A stretch of DNA of 63,722 bases, the filler included, from an uncultured Methanosarcinales archaeon (lineage in GTDB: Archaea; Nanobdellota; Nanobdellia; Woesearchaeales; CAYXTQ01), in the NCBI GenBank assembly GCA_964608065.1. It is 7 parts of 7 records of this genome, joined end to end, with 100 filler letters (N's around TTAATTAATTAA, not from the genome) between each part and the next. Parts side by side here need not be neighbours in the genome. Positions count along the whole stretch, not along the records: positions 1 to 10,003 come from CAZSMA010000054.1; 6 more parts are not named here. The stretch is one strand, 5' to 3'. Below are positions 1 to 10,103 of this stretch, one piece after another. A model generated the notes under the pieces. That model ran no database searches. It was not told the DNA's origin and worked only from the letters and a program-made list of their open reading frames with translations. How positions within the stretch are numbered: the first letter of the stretch is position 1; each line of letters begins with the position of its first letter. The position numbers were made by a program, and so were the translations under genes.

Positions 1-200
1 TTCAGGTGTAAAATCGCCTTTCTCGTCGGCTAAATTTTAAGAATTTCCGCCCAAGTCACTCGACTTAATATGTATGTGTGGGGGCAGTAAAGGGGGAGAT
101 AAAAGTTTTTGAAAAAAGCGATTGAAGAAATGAATAAAAATGATGCTGTGCCTATTTTTTTGTTTTTGTGCAAGAAGTGAAAGATAATTGAATAAAATAA

Positions 201-827
201 TTAAACTCCTTCAAAGAACTTAACGGCAAAATTACAGAAGTCAATTATTACTTGTTTATCCAGATCAAATTCTTTCCTGCTACCTAAATAATTTTTACTT
301 GTAGGAGTTATTTCTTTCCCATCTATTAGCTCTTTGTAAGTTATACATTTAATATGCTTCTTTGAAACTACAATAAAAAAGGCATTCTCGAAGGGATAGT
401 TCTTTGGCAAGTCCTTCATTGTGAACTCCTCACTTGTTCTAAACTTAACTTCAACAAAAAATACCTCCTTCCCTTTTTGAACAACAAAATCTGGCATTCT
501 TCTTATATTTGTTGCAACATCCCCCCTAACTCCTTTAAGCAGTTTCATTATCCCAGGAACTGTATTCTCCATCCCATATCTAAATACATTATAGTCTAAT
601 GTAAGAAACAGTTCTTCAACTAAAGTTTCTGCAATACGGCCTTTAATCATACCTTCTGTGAAATGGCTCTTTCTTTCTGAAAGGCCTTCTTCAACTTGCA
701 CTTTCTTCTGTGGCTCTTCTTTACCTTCCTGGCAAGACCTACATAGGGCAACCCCATAATTCTTTTTTGAGTAAGTATCAACTTTCTTCTCTATTTCCAA
801 TTTACATTTAGAACAATAATAATCCAT
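201..827 (-). CDS. PD-(D/E)XK-family nuclease-like protein with N-terminal Cys4 zinc ribbon
   Basis: CSKC...CRSC at N-terminus; AE..VEELF, PDFVV and FVEVKFR motifs match the E / PD / ExK nuclease core. Confidence 0.65.
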   Translation of the reverse strand: MDYYCSKCKLEIEKKVDTYSKKNYGVALCRSCQEGKEEPQKKVQVEEGLSERKSHFTEGMIKGRIAETLVEELFLTLDYNVFRYGMENTVPGIMKLLKGVRGDVATNIRRMPDFVVQKGKEVFFVEVKFRTSEEFTMKDLPKNYPFENAFFIVVSKKHIKCITYKELIDGKEITPTSKNYLGSRKEFDLDKQVIIDFCNFAVKFFEGV

Positions 828-908
828 TATTAAATAAGTAAGATATTGTTTAAATAATTTTTCATAAAAAAATAACTTTTATAAACAAACAATTCTTAAT
901 AAAAAGCA

Positions 909-1265
909 ATGGTAAAACGAAGTAGAAAATCTTATTCAAGAAGAAATTCTTCAAAAAAGCATCATTCTAAACCAAGAAGAAATTTCCATAAAAGACCTAA
1001 AAGAAAACCTTCTGTGCTTAAAAAAGCAAATTGGTTTACAAGAAAACATCCAGTTGCAACAGGAATAATTTTAATTTTTGCATCAATAGTTTTGTTTAGA
1101 TTATCTTTTACAAATACTTTTTTAAGCAGTTCAGAAGTTTTTATGTGGTCTATGATATTGAGCATTGGGATATTTTTAATTGGTCTATTTGTCTTAATAG
1201 GTTGGTGGAGAAATAATATTTCTATGCTTACTACAAAGCATAATGTGAATTGGAGAAATAGGTAA
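909..1265 (+). CDS. Small membrane protein with very basic N-terminus and 2 TM helices
   Basis: ORF; TTTATAAA box about 30 nt upstream; R/K-rich N-terminus then two hydrophobic segments. Confidence 0.6.
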   Translation: MVKRSRKSYSRRNSSKKHHSKPRRNFHKRPKRKPSVLKKANWFTRKHPVATGIILIFASIVLFRLSFTNTFLSSSEVFMWSMILSIGIFLIGLFVLIGWWRNNISMLTTKHNVNWRNR

Positions 1266-1351
1266 AATAAAGTAAAGAAAAACATTACAAGAAAAAAAGT
1301 AATTTTTTATATTTTAAACTCTTTTTTTAAAAAGGGATTTGGGAGATTGGA

Positions 1352-2068
1352 ATGGGAAAAAAAAGAAATAAATGTGCTAAATGTAAAAAAATAATAAAAG
1401 AAGTTCCATTTACATGTAGATATTGTGGAAAAGATTTTTGCTTAAAACACAGGCTTCCTGAAAACCATGATTGCAAACCATTTAGAGAACATGAAAGCCA
1501 CAACCAAGAAAGATGGCAAAATATAATTAAATCTGTTTTTCATAGAGAAAATAGATACATTAAAAAAAGTAAAATTCCTGATAAAAAAAAGAATACAAAT
1601 AAAATAAAAACTGAAACAATTCCAGATAAAAAAATGAGTCATCCAGATAAAGAAGAAGAATTTAATCTTAAAAAATGGGCAAATCATAGAGAAAAAAGAA
1701 AATATTCCTTTCAGGAGAAATTTAATTATTTAATCTCTTTATCCTTAAAATTTGTGTTTTCTTTAGTTGTGTTTGCAATAGCTTGCACTAAATTAGAAAA
1801 TTTAAATCAAATAAAAATACTTTTTATTCAATTTGGAGGAATTATTTTTCTTGTATCATTATATTTTTTATTAAGATTTTCATATGATATAGTTAAAGAA
1901 TTATATGATTTATTTGAAAGGCAAAAAAATGGGATTAAATTTTTAGTAGTTTTTATCTTAGTTATTATTTTATTGTTTCTTTATTTTTTTAAAGAATCAA
2001 TTGTTGATGCATTAGTAAATTTGTATAATCAAACTCATTTTAGCGATATTAGCCCGTTTGCCTTTTGA
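1352..2068 (+). CDS. AN1-type zinc finger membrane protein
   Basis: CAKC...PFTCRYCGKDFCLKHRLPENHDC is the AN1 consensus; 3 C-terminal TM segments. Confidence 0.8.
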   Translation: MGKKRNKCAKCKKIIKEVPFTCRYCGKDFCLKHRLPENHDCKPFREHESHNQERWQNIIKSVFHRENRYIKKSKIPDKKKNTNKIKTETIPDKKMSHPDKEEEFNLKKWANHREKRKYSFQEKFNYLISLSLKFVFSLVVFAIACTKLENLNQIKILFIQFGGIIFLVSLYFLLRFSYDIVKELYDLFERQKNGIKFLVVFILVIILLFLYFFKESIVDALVNLYNQTHFSDISPFAF

Positions 2069-2112
2069 TAATAAAGTTTAAAGGTATTAAATAATACTAT
2101 ATTCTAATAAAG

Positions 2113-3219
2113 ATGAGTTATCATAGTAGAAGAAAAAAGAATAAAGTAAAATGGATATTGGTAATTCTGGCAGTGTTATTTGTTGCTACATTGTGGAATC
2201 AAGGAATTATCCAAGATTATCTCGCAGGAAATTTACACTTTGGAGGAATTGTTGATAATCCTCTGGAATCCAAAAACATGTCCAGTTTAGTTTTTGAAGA
2301 GATAAATGATGCTAGAAAAGAGAAGAAAGTAGAAGTGTTAAAATATAGTAAAAATTCATATAATCTTGCAGTAGCAATCGCAAAAAAATTTCATGAATCA
2401 AATAATTATATCTTAAGTGAACTAGAGCTTAATGAAATGGCTGAAATTTATAATATAGGTGGTGTTGATTTTTTGACAAAAGAATTAGATAATTTAGATA
2501 AAAGTCAGTTTGAAATGATGATCTCTGATTGGACAATAAGAAATATATTTAATGAAAAAACATTAAACGAAATGTTTACAGATGGTGCAGTGGGGTGTTA
2601 TGAAAAAATTTGTATATTAATTCTTAATATAAAAGTGATTCCAACATTAACATATGATTATGATCTAGATTATAAATCTGTAGATGATTATGAAAGTTCA
2701 CCTTCTAACGATAATGGGCTTATTTCCGGAATTGTTGATAGTGTTTCAAAGGTAGCTACACACGATGTGGATATTTCTTTAATTGAAAGTAAAGTTCATC
2801 AACTTATAAATGAACAAAGAGAGAATAATGGATTATCCTCCATTTCATGGGATTCAAAACTTTCTGACATTGCAAGAGGCCATAGTCAAGACATGATTGA
2901 TAACAATTTTTTTGACCATACAAACTTAAGAGGTGAGGATCCTACTACAAGAGCAGATAAAGCGGGATATTCTTGCTATAAAGATTATGGTTCATATTAT
3001 ACGATAGGTATAGCAGAAAATATCGGAGGAGCCCCTTTTGGAGATGTTATTGGGTGTGGATATGTTCGTTCAGAACAATCGATTGCAGAATGCTTAGTTG
3101 ATGGATGGATGGGAAGTCCAGGACATAGAGAGAATATTTTAACCGCTTCTTATGACTCTGAAGGTATAGGAGTAGCATGTGATTCATCAGAATGTTTTGG
3201 AACACAAAATTTTTGTTAA
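2113..3219 (+). CDS. Membrane-anchored CAP (SCP) domain protein, one degenerate and one canonical CAP domain
   Basis: LINEQR..NGL, ARGHSQDM, FDH, AENI, WMGSPGHRENIL; earlier EINDARK block is a degenerate copy; N-terminal TM. Confidence 0.85.
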   Translation: MSYHSRRKKNKVKWILVILAVLFVATLWNQGIIQDYLAGNLHFGGIVDNPLESKNMSSLVFEEINDARKEKKVEVLKYSKNSYNLAVAIAKKFHESNNYILSELELNEMAEIYNIGGVDFLTKELDNLDKSQFEMMISDWTIRNIFNEKTLNEMFTDGAVGCYEKICILILNIKVIPTLTYDYDLDYKSVDDYESSPSNDNGLISGIVDSVSKVATHDVDISLIESKVHQLINEQRENNGLSSISWDSKLSDIARGHSQDMIDNNFFDHTNLRGEDPTTRADKAGYSCYKDYGSYYTIGIAENIGGAPFGDVIGCGYVRSEQSIAECLVDGWMGSPGHRENILTASYDSEGIGVACDSSECFGTQNFC

Positions 3220-3220
3220 A

Positions 3221-3655
3221 ATGAAAACTGAAGAAAAAATAGAAAAATATATTCTAAGGCATATGAATGCTTCAAGAAAGAGAAGGGGAAAGTGTAAATT
3301 AAAAAGCAATTTTGGTCTGAAAAGGGTTTCAAGGAATCATAGTAAACGGATGGCTAAAAAAGGTAAGATTTGGCACGGAAATGGCGTCCATATTGCAAGA
3401 AGTTCTGTAACTTGTAAAAAAGGATTTTGGGGTTTTATTGAATCAATTTTTTCTTCTCATTCTCGTAGCGGAGAGAATGTTGGGATGATTGGAGGCTTTA
3501 GAGACTCAAAGAAATTAGGAAGAAAATTTCATAATATGTGGATGAAAAGTCCTGGACACAAAGCAAATATGATGAACTCAAGTTTTTCAATTGTAGGTGT
3601 TGGTGTAAAAAAGGGCAGGAAAGGTTGGTTTGCTACACAATTATTCTGTGGATAA
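3221..3655 (+). CDS. CAP (SCP) domain protein, basic, no signal peptide
   Basis: RNHSKRMA, GENVG, WMKSPGHKANM, GVGV, ATQLF; ATG 3221 lies 1 nt after the upstream stop. Confidence 0.8.
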   Translation: MKTEEKIEKYILRHMNASRKRRGKCKLKSNFGLKRVSRNHSKRMAKKGKIWHGNGVHIARSSVTCKKGFWGFIESIFSSHSRSGENVGMIGGFRDSKKLGRKFHNMWMKSPGHKANMMNSSFSIVGVGVKKGRKGWFATQLFCG

Positions 3656-3673
3656 GGTCGCGGATATAACCTT

Positions 3674-3695
3674 GGTTCAACTCCGGCTGGGGGTA
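3674..3695 (+). other. tRNA 3'-end remnant (possible att-site scar)
   Basis: GGTTCAACTCCGGCTGGGGGTA resembles T-loop plus 3' acceptor strand; no 5' half upstream. Confidence 0.45.
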
Positions 3696-3766
3696 TATTT
3701 TTTTGTTGTGAAAGAATATGTAAAAAATCAGTCAGTCCATCACGAAACTACTTTTTTATATTAATT

Positions 3767-3800
3767 GGAAACTCCACACTTTAGTATGGAGAGGATTTCA
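3767..3800 (+). mobile_element. IS200/IS605-type right-end hairpin remnant
   Basis: GGAAACTCCACAC-TTTA-GTATGGAGAGGATTTCA has the hairpin with TTTA loop followed by GAGGAT.TCA typical of IS605/TnpB right ends; one stem mismatch. Confidence 0.5.
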
Positions 3801-3810
3801 TCCTTGTTAA

Positions 3811-4599
3811 TTATATAACACTCATTGTTGTCTGACCTTTTGTAGTTTTTGCTCCACTAAACCCTTCAAACATATAAATCCCATTAAAATCATAATCTCC
3901 TATTGATAAAGGCGCTTGCACTACATAAGTGTAGGTAGTATTGATTGCATCATTGGTAACAACCCATTTTAAAATATGTGGATTAGAAGTAACCCCTCCC
4001 CCATCATCTATTATAGTCCATTCATTTGGAATATATTCTTCAATTGCATAAAATGTTTCGTCATCAATCATAGAGACATTAAGTAGGATATTCATTATGT
4101 CGCCTGCATTGATTGCTGTTGTTGAAAAGCTTCTTGTAACATATGCCGCACTATCTGAATCCTCCACATTAAATTTATAAGTATCAACCTCATTTCCAAT
4201 AATCTCTTTTCCAGATTCTGATAAAAAAATAGGCGCAATAGAGACACTTTCAGCATTATTAGCATTCATCATTATATCCAAATTAAAATTAACTGTTTCC
4301 AATTCGCCCATTGTTGTCTCTTTTTTAATAACTTCAGTATTCACACCATCACTAATAATAAAATTTATTCCTGCTAAATCTCCTTTTCCTGCATTTCTTT
4401 TGACTCTTACATCAATACTACCTGAATTAACTTGAACATTTTCAATTTCAAGATTTAAAGTTAACATCCCTAAAGAAACCTGTTCACCGCCTTCTGAAAT
4501 TACATTTCTTATAACAATCCAAACAACCCCCACTGCAACTAACATCAACAAAATAAGGATTATTGTTATAACAACCTCTGATAATCCTTTTTTTCTCAT
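3811..4599 (-). CDS. Type IV pilin-like protein (class III signal peptide) with C-terminal cohesin-like domain
   Basis: MRKKG^LSEVVITIILILL class III signal; C-terminal VTRSFSTTAINAGDIMNILLNV...IEEYIPNEW...YTYVVQAP...YDFNG beta-sandwich. Confidence 0.7.
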   Translation of the reverse strand: MRKKGLSEVVITIILILLMLVAVGVVWIVIRNVISEGGEQVSLGMLTLNLEIENVQVNSGSIDVRVKRNAGKGDLAGINFIISDGVNTEVIKKETTMGELETVNFNLDIMMNANNAESVSIAPIFLSESGKEIIGNEVDTYKFNVEDSDSAAYVTRSFSTTAINAGDIMNILLNVSMIDDETFYAIEEYIPNEWTIIDDGGGVTSNPHILKWVVTNDAINTTYTYVVQAPLSIGDYDFNGIYMFEGFSGAKTTKGQTTMSVI

Positions 4600-4778
4600 G
4601 ATAAATGTAAGGATCTTCATTTTATAAGTTTAATTAAATATGCTGTCATAATTTTATACAATTTTAAAAAATCAAAGTATTTAAGAATGTAAACTTCTTT
4701 TTTTTTTAATTATGGAAAAAAGGTAGTTATTTTCAGAAAGAGGGATTTAAAATGATGCGTAATAATATTCATTGAAGA

Positions 4779-6992
4779 ATGGTTGTTAAAAATAGGATGA
4801 TAAAAAGGTATTTGGTAATTTTGCTTGTAGGAATTTTTATAATTAGTTTTAGTGGAAGTGTTTTTGCTATTGATTATTATGTTGATGCAATTAATGGCAA
4901 TGATTATGCTTCGGGAATCTCTGTCGCCCCTTGGAAGACTATTTCAAAGGTTAATTCAATGAATTTTGAGCCAGGCGATAATATTTATTTTAAAAGAGGA
5001 CAAACGTGGAATGAACAATTGACTATTTCTAGTTCTGGAAATGGAACTAATTGGATTACATTTGGATCTTATGGAAGCGGGGAGAAGCCGGAAATAAACG
5101 GAGCTGATTTAATTACGGGATGGGAAGTCTATGATGAAAATATTTATGTTGCGGATGTTAGTTCAGAGGTAAGACAACTTTTTATTAACGGAGAAAGACA
5201 GACATTGGCACGTTGGCCAAACAGTGGCTGGCAAAATATAAGCGCTAATTCTGAAATTAAAACAAGGTTGTATAGCGAGAGTTTGATTCAGCCAGATGAT
5301 TATTGGAAAAATGCAATTGCTGTTATCAGAACAGCAAATTGGAGGATAGAAACTAAAACAATTACGGCGAATAATCAAAATGAGAATGCAATAGTCTGGG
5401 ATGGAGATGTATATCTTATACAGAAAGACTGGGGTTTTTACATAGAAAATAAATTAGAGGAAATAGATATGCAAGGTGAATGGTATTATGATATTAGTAC
5501 AAAGAGGATTTTTTTATATTTGAATGAAGATCCTGCTAATTACAATATAGAAGGATCTGTGAGAGATTATGGCATTAAGACTCTTTATGAAATGCATCAT
5601 ATTAATATAAATAATTTTAGTATAATCTATTCAAAAGTAGACGGTATCCATACTTATAATTCAGATTATATCAATATAGAAGATAATATTATTTCATTCA
5701 CAAAGAGAAATGGGATTCGGGCAAATATTTATCCAGATAGTGAACATGGCCATATTCATGCTAACAATAATTTAATTTCCTATACTCAGGGAGAAGGAAT
5801 AGTATTTTCAAGGCAAAATTATGGAGAAATTATAAATAACAATTTATTTTACATTGGGGTTAATGAAGTTTCGCCGAAAAAAGTATATGGTGTTATGATT
5901 GGGGGTATGAATCATATTGTTTCTCATAATAAAATAGATGATGTCTCATATGATGGAATATATTTGTCAGGAGGTAGTACCAATGTTAGCATTTCTAATA
6001 ACCTTATCTCTCGCTGTCTGTTATCTCTTTCTGATGGAGGGGGCATTTATACAGCCAGTTGGCATAATAACCTTGTTATTGAAAATAACATTGTGCATGA
6101 TATTGTAGGAAACGCAGGTGGAACTCCTAGCTCGACACCTGCCACTGTAATCGGCATTTATTTAGACGAGCTGGCTGAGGGAATAACTGTTCGGAAAAAT
6201 ATAATCTACAATTGTAACAGTGTAGGGATGATGCTACATAGAACTCACAACAATACAATCATTAATAATGTTATCTATAATACTCCAATATCAGTATATA
6301 TGTCAGAAAAAAGCCAAGATGAAATGTATGATAATAATTTTTATAATAATATTTTTCTTAGTTCAAACGAGGAGCAATTAACTTTTGCAGTAGGTCGTTA
6401 CAGCGGGTCTACCACATCTTCCGGGGATTTTGATTACAATATTCATTATAATCCCTATAATGAAAACGTGATAAGGTATTATCAAGATTGGAAAACAACA
6501 TATTATACTTTTTCACAATGGCAAACATTTTCAGGTCAAGAGCCAAACGGGATGCAAGCAGATCCGCTTTTTACTGATATTTTAAATAACGATTTCAATC
6601 TTCAATCAACTTCTCCAGCTATTGATGCTGGAGTTGATGTCGGCTTAATCCGAGATTTTATAGGAACATTAATCCCTCAAGGTTCTGCTCCAGACATAGG
6701 CGCATATGAATATATTCAAGCTACTCTCTTTTGCACCGATGGGGGGGGAATATGCAAAATAAATACTTGTGATAATTACACTGATTGTAATTCTTTAATT
6801 GGAATTTGTGCAACTGGTTCTTGTTGTTTTGGAACATGCACAGCTTCTTCAACTTGTGGATTTGCAGACACAGACACTGACGGAATAATTAACATAATAG
6901 AATTAATGGATTATATCTCCCAATGGAAAACAGAAAGTGTTACAACCACAGAATTGATGATTGGGATTGGGGAGTGGAAGAATGGATGTTAA
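4779..6992 (+). CDS. Secreted right-handed parallel beta-helix (pectin-lyase-like fold) protein with C-terminal dockerin-like module
   Basis: Signal peptide; YYVDA..GND..G...PWKTI, LARWPN, DGGGIY, GIYLDE motifs; DPLF...SPAIDAG...PDIGAYE tail; DTDTDGIINIIE EF-hand followed by two W-containing helices. Confidence 0.8.
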   Translation: MVVKNRMIKRYLVILLVGIFIISFSGSVFAIDYYVDAINGNDYASGISVAPWKTISKVNSMNFEPGDNIYFKRGQTWNEQLTISSSGNGTNWITFGSYGSGEKPEINGADLITGWEVYDENIYVADVSSEVRQLFINGERQTLARWPNSGWQNISANSEIKTRLYSESLIQPDDYWKNAIAVIRTANWRIETKTITANNQNENAIVWDGDVYLIQKDWGFYIENKLEEIDMQGEWYYDISTKRIFLYLNEDPANYNIEGSVRDYGIKTLYEMHHININNFSIIYSKVDGIHTYNSDYINIEDNIISFTKRNGIRANIYPDSEHGHIHANNNLISYTQGEGIVFSRQNYGEIINNNLFYIGVNEVSPKKVYGVMIGGMNHIVSHNKIDDVSYDGIYLSGGSTNVSISNNLISRCLLSLSDGGGIYTASWHNNLVIENNIVHDIVGNAGGTPSSTPATVIGIYLDELAEGITVRKNIIYNCNSVGMMLHRTHNNTIINNVIYNTPISVYMSEKSQDEMYDNNFYNNIFLSSNEEQLTFAVGRYSGSTTSSGDFDYNIHYNPYNENVIRYYQDWKTTYYTFSQWQTFSGQEPNGMQADPLFTDILNNDFNLQSTSPAIDAGVDVGLIRDFIGTLIPQGSAPDIGAYEYIQATLFCTDGGGICKINTCDNYTDCNSLIGICATGSCCFGTCTASSTCGFADTDTDGIINIIELMDYISQWKTESVTTTELMIGIGEWKNGC

Positions 6993-7099
6993 AAAGAATA
7001 TTTTGATATGGGGGTTCAATTTATGATGGTTGGCAAGGAGTTTGTAAGGAATTTAATTTTCTTTCTTTTGTAGAAAAAAATTCTAAAATTAATTTAGAT

Positions 7100-7258
7100 A
7101 TGATTGAAATAGTAGAATATCAATGGCTTAACTTAGAAACATTTGTCAAATTAATCAAATGGAATGATGATAAAGAGTTACTAAAACAAGTTCTGCAAAA
7201 AGCTCTCAAAAGAGAAAAATATTTTACTAGAACAAAAATTATTGATTACTGGAATTAA
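7100..7258 (+). pseudogene. 52-aa ORF, possibly a C-terminal gene remnant
   Basis: MIEIVEYQWLNLETFVKLIKWNDDKELLKQV loosely resembles Nudix hydrolase C-termini. Confidence 0.25.
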
Positions 7259-7534
7259 TTAAAGTTGAGGAAAATCCTCCATAATTCTAAAAAATTAGAC
7301 ACCCCGTCACACTTCGGTGGGGGCGCTTTTTTCATTTTATCGACGGTAAAATAGTATTTCTAATATCTTAAATGTCCACCGAGATAAAAATATACTCGGT
7401 GGGAGAAAAAATGCCGGAGGCACAGTTAAATTTAATTTTCTAGTCAATCCTATCAAAGGGAGACTATATTTTAAAAGAAATTCTCACTCAAACTCAAAGG
7501 GCTTTCTATTTAATACATTAAGGGCAAGAAAAAC

Positions 7535-8197
7535 TTATTTTGATTTTATTTTTCTAATTAACCATCCAATTGAAAATCCTAAGATTGAACCTAAAATAAT
7601 GTTTATAAATGGTCCCAAGATTAAACAACTCATACAAGCTTCTCCCTGACATTGAGTTATAAAAAAACAAGGTCCAAATCCGAGTGACCTGAGATCGAAT
7701 ATGGCAAAACCAGATTCCCTCATAAAACCGATAACGAAGATCATCATACCCGTGATTCCCCCTATCCAAACTCCCTTTTTTACATAACTCCAGCTTTTAA
7801 CCCTAAATATTAAAAACAAATACACAAAAAGAAGAACGGTTAAGCCTAGAATATATATTAAAATATTTTTAATCCAATAAGAATTTAATTTAAAACCAGT
7901 ATACTTATAACACGATTCTTTGAAATTATCATCATTCATGAGATCGCATATATCTGGATTTTTCGTTTCTAACGCAAAAGCTTGCAAGCACATATCTTTT
8001 AAATGTAAACTTGTTTCTTTTTCACATACTTGATGATTACTAGGATTTTCTTTTGCAATGCTGTTATAATATTCATGGGGGAAATTATAGTTATCAAATC
8101 TTTCATCTAATATAGGTTCGGTAGAATAATAAGCGCCAGTACAGTTTATTAAGAGTATAAAGAACAAAATTGGAAAAAAATAATGTTTAGCTTTCAT
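7535..8197 (-). CDS. Membrane protein with Cys-repeat extracellular domain
   Basis: Signal peptide; C-x8-C..A...KNPDIC-x9-C repeats; 3 TM segments. Confidence 0.65.
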   Translation of the reverse strand: MKAKHYFFPILFFILLINCTGAYYSTEPILDERFDNYNFPHEYYNSIAKENPSNHQVCEKETSLHLKDMCLQAFALETKNPDICDLMNDDNFKESCYKYTGFKLNSYWIKNILIYILGLTVLLFVYLFLIFRVKSWSYVKKGVWIGGITGMMIFVIGFMRESGFAIFDLRSLGFGPCFFITQCQGEACMSCLILGPFINIILGSILGFSIGWLIRKIKSK

Positions 8198-8374
8198 ATT
8201 TTATAATTAAGATAAGAAGTATATAAAGTTTTTCTTGCCTTTTTTAGTAATAGAGATAATTTCAAGTCCTGCCGAGCAATTGCATATAACATATATTAAA
8301 TCTACTTTTTGGGATTTTTCCTTTGAATAATTTAGCACATATTTATTTTTAAATCAACAATTTTTATAGTATAA

Positions 8375-9568
8375 ATGGTCAATTTAGTTGGAGTTCATCA
8401 CGCAGGATTTAATGTATTTCTAGGAGAATTTAAAATGAATGATTTTGCTGTTTATCCTAGTGAGAATTTACTTAGAATCTTATTAAGATCTCCTAAAGAA
8501 ACAAAAATTGGACTTGAATCATTATCTGAAAAGGATTGGAAAGAAGTAAAAGAAGATTTAAAGAATCAAGTTGGAGAAAATTATGATTCACTAAAATTAG
8601 ATGATGGAATAAATTATATTCCTTCTTTTTCAGATGTTTTTGATGAATATTGGAATTCTCTAAAGGTTTATCTTAATAAAATGGATTTAGATGTTGTTTT
8701 TTTAGATAATAAAGAATTATTCCTAAGATATAATGAATTAACAATAAAAAAAGCAAAATTAGAAGTAGAGATTAAGAAAAAACTATTTCAAAGAAAAGGG
8801 GAAAGTGATTTTGAGTATAGTAAAAAATTATATGGGTTCAACGAAGAAAGATATAATTTAGAAATTAAAGAAAGGAAAGTACATGAATTAGAAAGAGATA
8901 CTAAATTATTGGAAAAAATAAAATCGTCAAGAGTTAACATTGCGGTAGTTGGCCAAGGACACTCAGACTTTTGGTTTGGTAATAGGGAATTTATACAAGA
9001 AAAATATGGAATTGATATTGAAAAATATTCTACAGATTTAATGATTCCTCTTTTTGATGGAGGAGAGCATAGAATGACTTTAACAGAAAATGCAGATTCT
9101 GATCCCAAACTACTATTTGAAAGAGAAGGATTAGAAAGATCAATTAGGTTAGTTGAACAAGGAAGAGTAACAGAACATGGAAAACCAGATTATGTTGGGG
9201 TGTGGGATATTCCTGAACCTTCTAAAGGATATTTTGAGGTGTTTATAGATAAAATTGAAGAGAAAAATATCTCTGGATTTATACATGATTTACTTGGAGT
9301 GGCTACATTTAAAGGGACATTAAATGATGGTAGTATGAACTTTGTTAAAAGATATGGTTCACTATCTAGTTCTAATGCTATGAAACAAGATGTCAACTAC
9401 AAAGCTGTAAGGAAAGATAACAATTTTTATGGTCTTTTTTATGCTAATGGTTTTGCTCGTCCTTTTTGTATGATTAAGTCTGTAAAAGAGAAACCAATTG
9501 ATTTATCATTAAAATTTGCGAAGTTTCATGGGGAAAATCCAGAATTTTATGAGGAATTAAAAATCTAG
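8375..9568 (+). CDS. Hypothetical protein (397 aa)
   Basis: Long ORF with TTTTAAAT box upstream; no family recognised. Confidence 0.6.
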   Translation: MVNLVGVHHAGFNVFLGEFKMNDFAVYPSENLLRILLRSPKETKIGLESLSEKDWKEVKEDLKNQVGENYDSLKLDDGINYIPSFSDVFDEYWNSLKVYLNKMDLDVVFLDNKELFLRYNELTIKKAKLEVEIKKKLFQRKGESDFEYSKKLYGFNEERYNLEIKERKVHELERDTKLLEKIKSSRVNIAVVGQGHSDFWFGNREFIQEKYGIDIEKYSTDLMIPLFDGGEHRMTLTENADSDPKLLFEREGLERSIRLVEQGRVTEHGKPDYVGVWDIPEPSKGYFEVFIDKIEEKNISGFIHDLLGVATFKGTLNDGSMNFVKRYGSLSSSNAMKQDVNYKAVRKDNNFYGLFYANGFARPFCMIKSVKEKPIDLSLKFAKFHGENPEFYEELKI

Positions 9569-10003
9569 AAAATTATTTAAACTCCACTCAATTTATTATT
9601 CTATCAAATTAAAAAACACATCTCATTGATGTGACATAAAGTAGTTCTGTTCGGCGTGGACATAAACCTCTCAACACATCACTCCCACCTCGACAATATT
9701 TATAAAGTCCAACAGCATCGCTATATTATTAAAATAAAAAATAAAAAGAGTGCCATTATTCTGGTCCAAAGTATCTCCGATTCGGTGGGGGCGTTTAAAA
9801 TATTTCTTAACCACCTATTCAAATATAAAATACGAGATTTGGACGAGCAGAGTGAGGATGTTGGGGGGGGGGGTATTTATACTTTTTAGTCGGGCGTCGC
9901 ACTATAAACGCTCAAACTAAAAGTTAAAAGTTCTTTAATTAGTTAGATAAATACATAAAATAAAAAGATTTATATAGTATCATTTGATTAGGTATGTATG
10001 ACA

Positions 10004-10103
10004 NNNNNNNNNNNNNNNNNNNNNNNNNNNNNNNNNNNNNNNNNNNNTTAATTAATTAANNNNNNNNNNNNNNNNNNNNNNNNNNNNNNNNNNNNNNNNN
10101 NNN
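10004..10103. other. Artificial contig linker
   Basis: N44-TTAATTAATTAA-N44, stops in all six frames. Confidence 0.98.
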
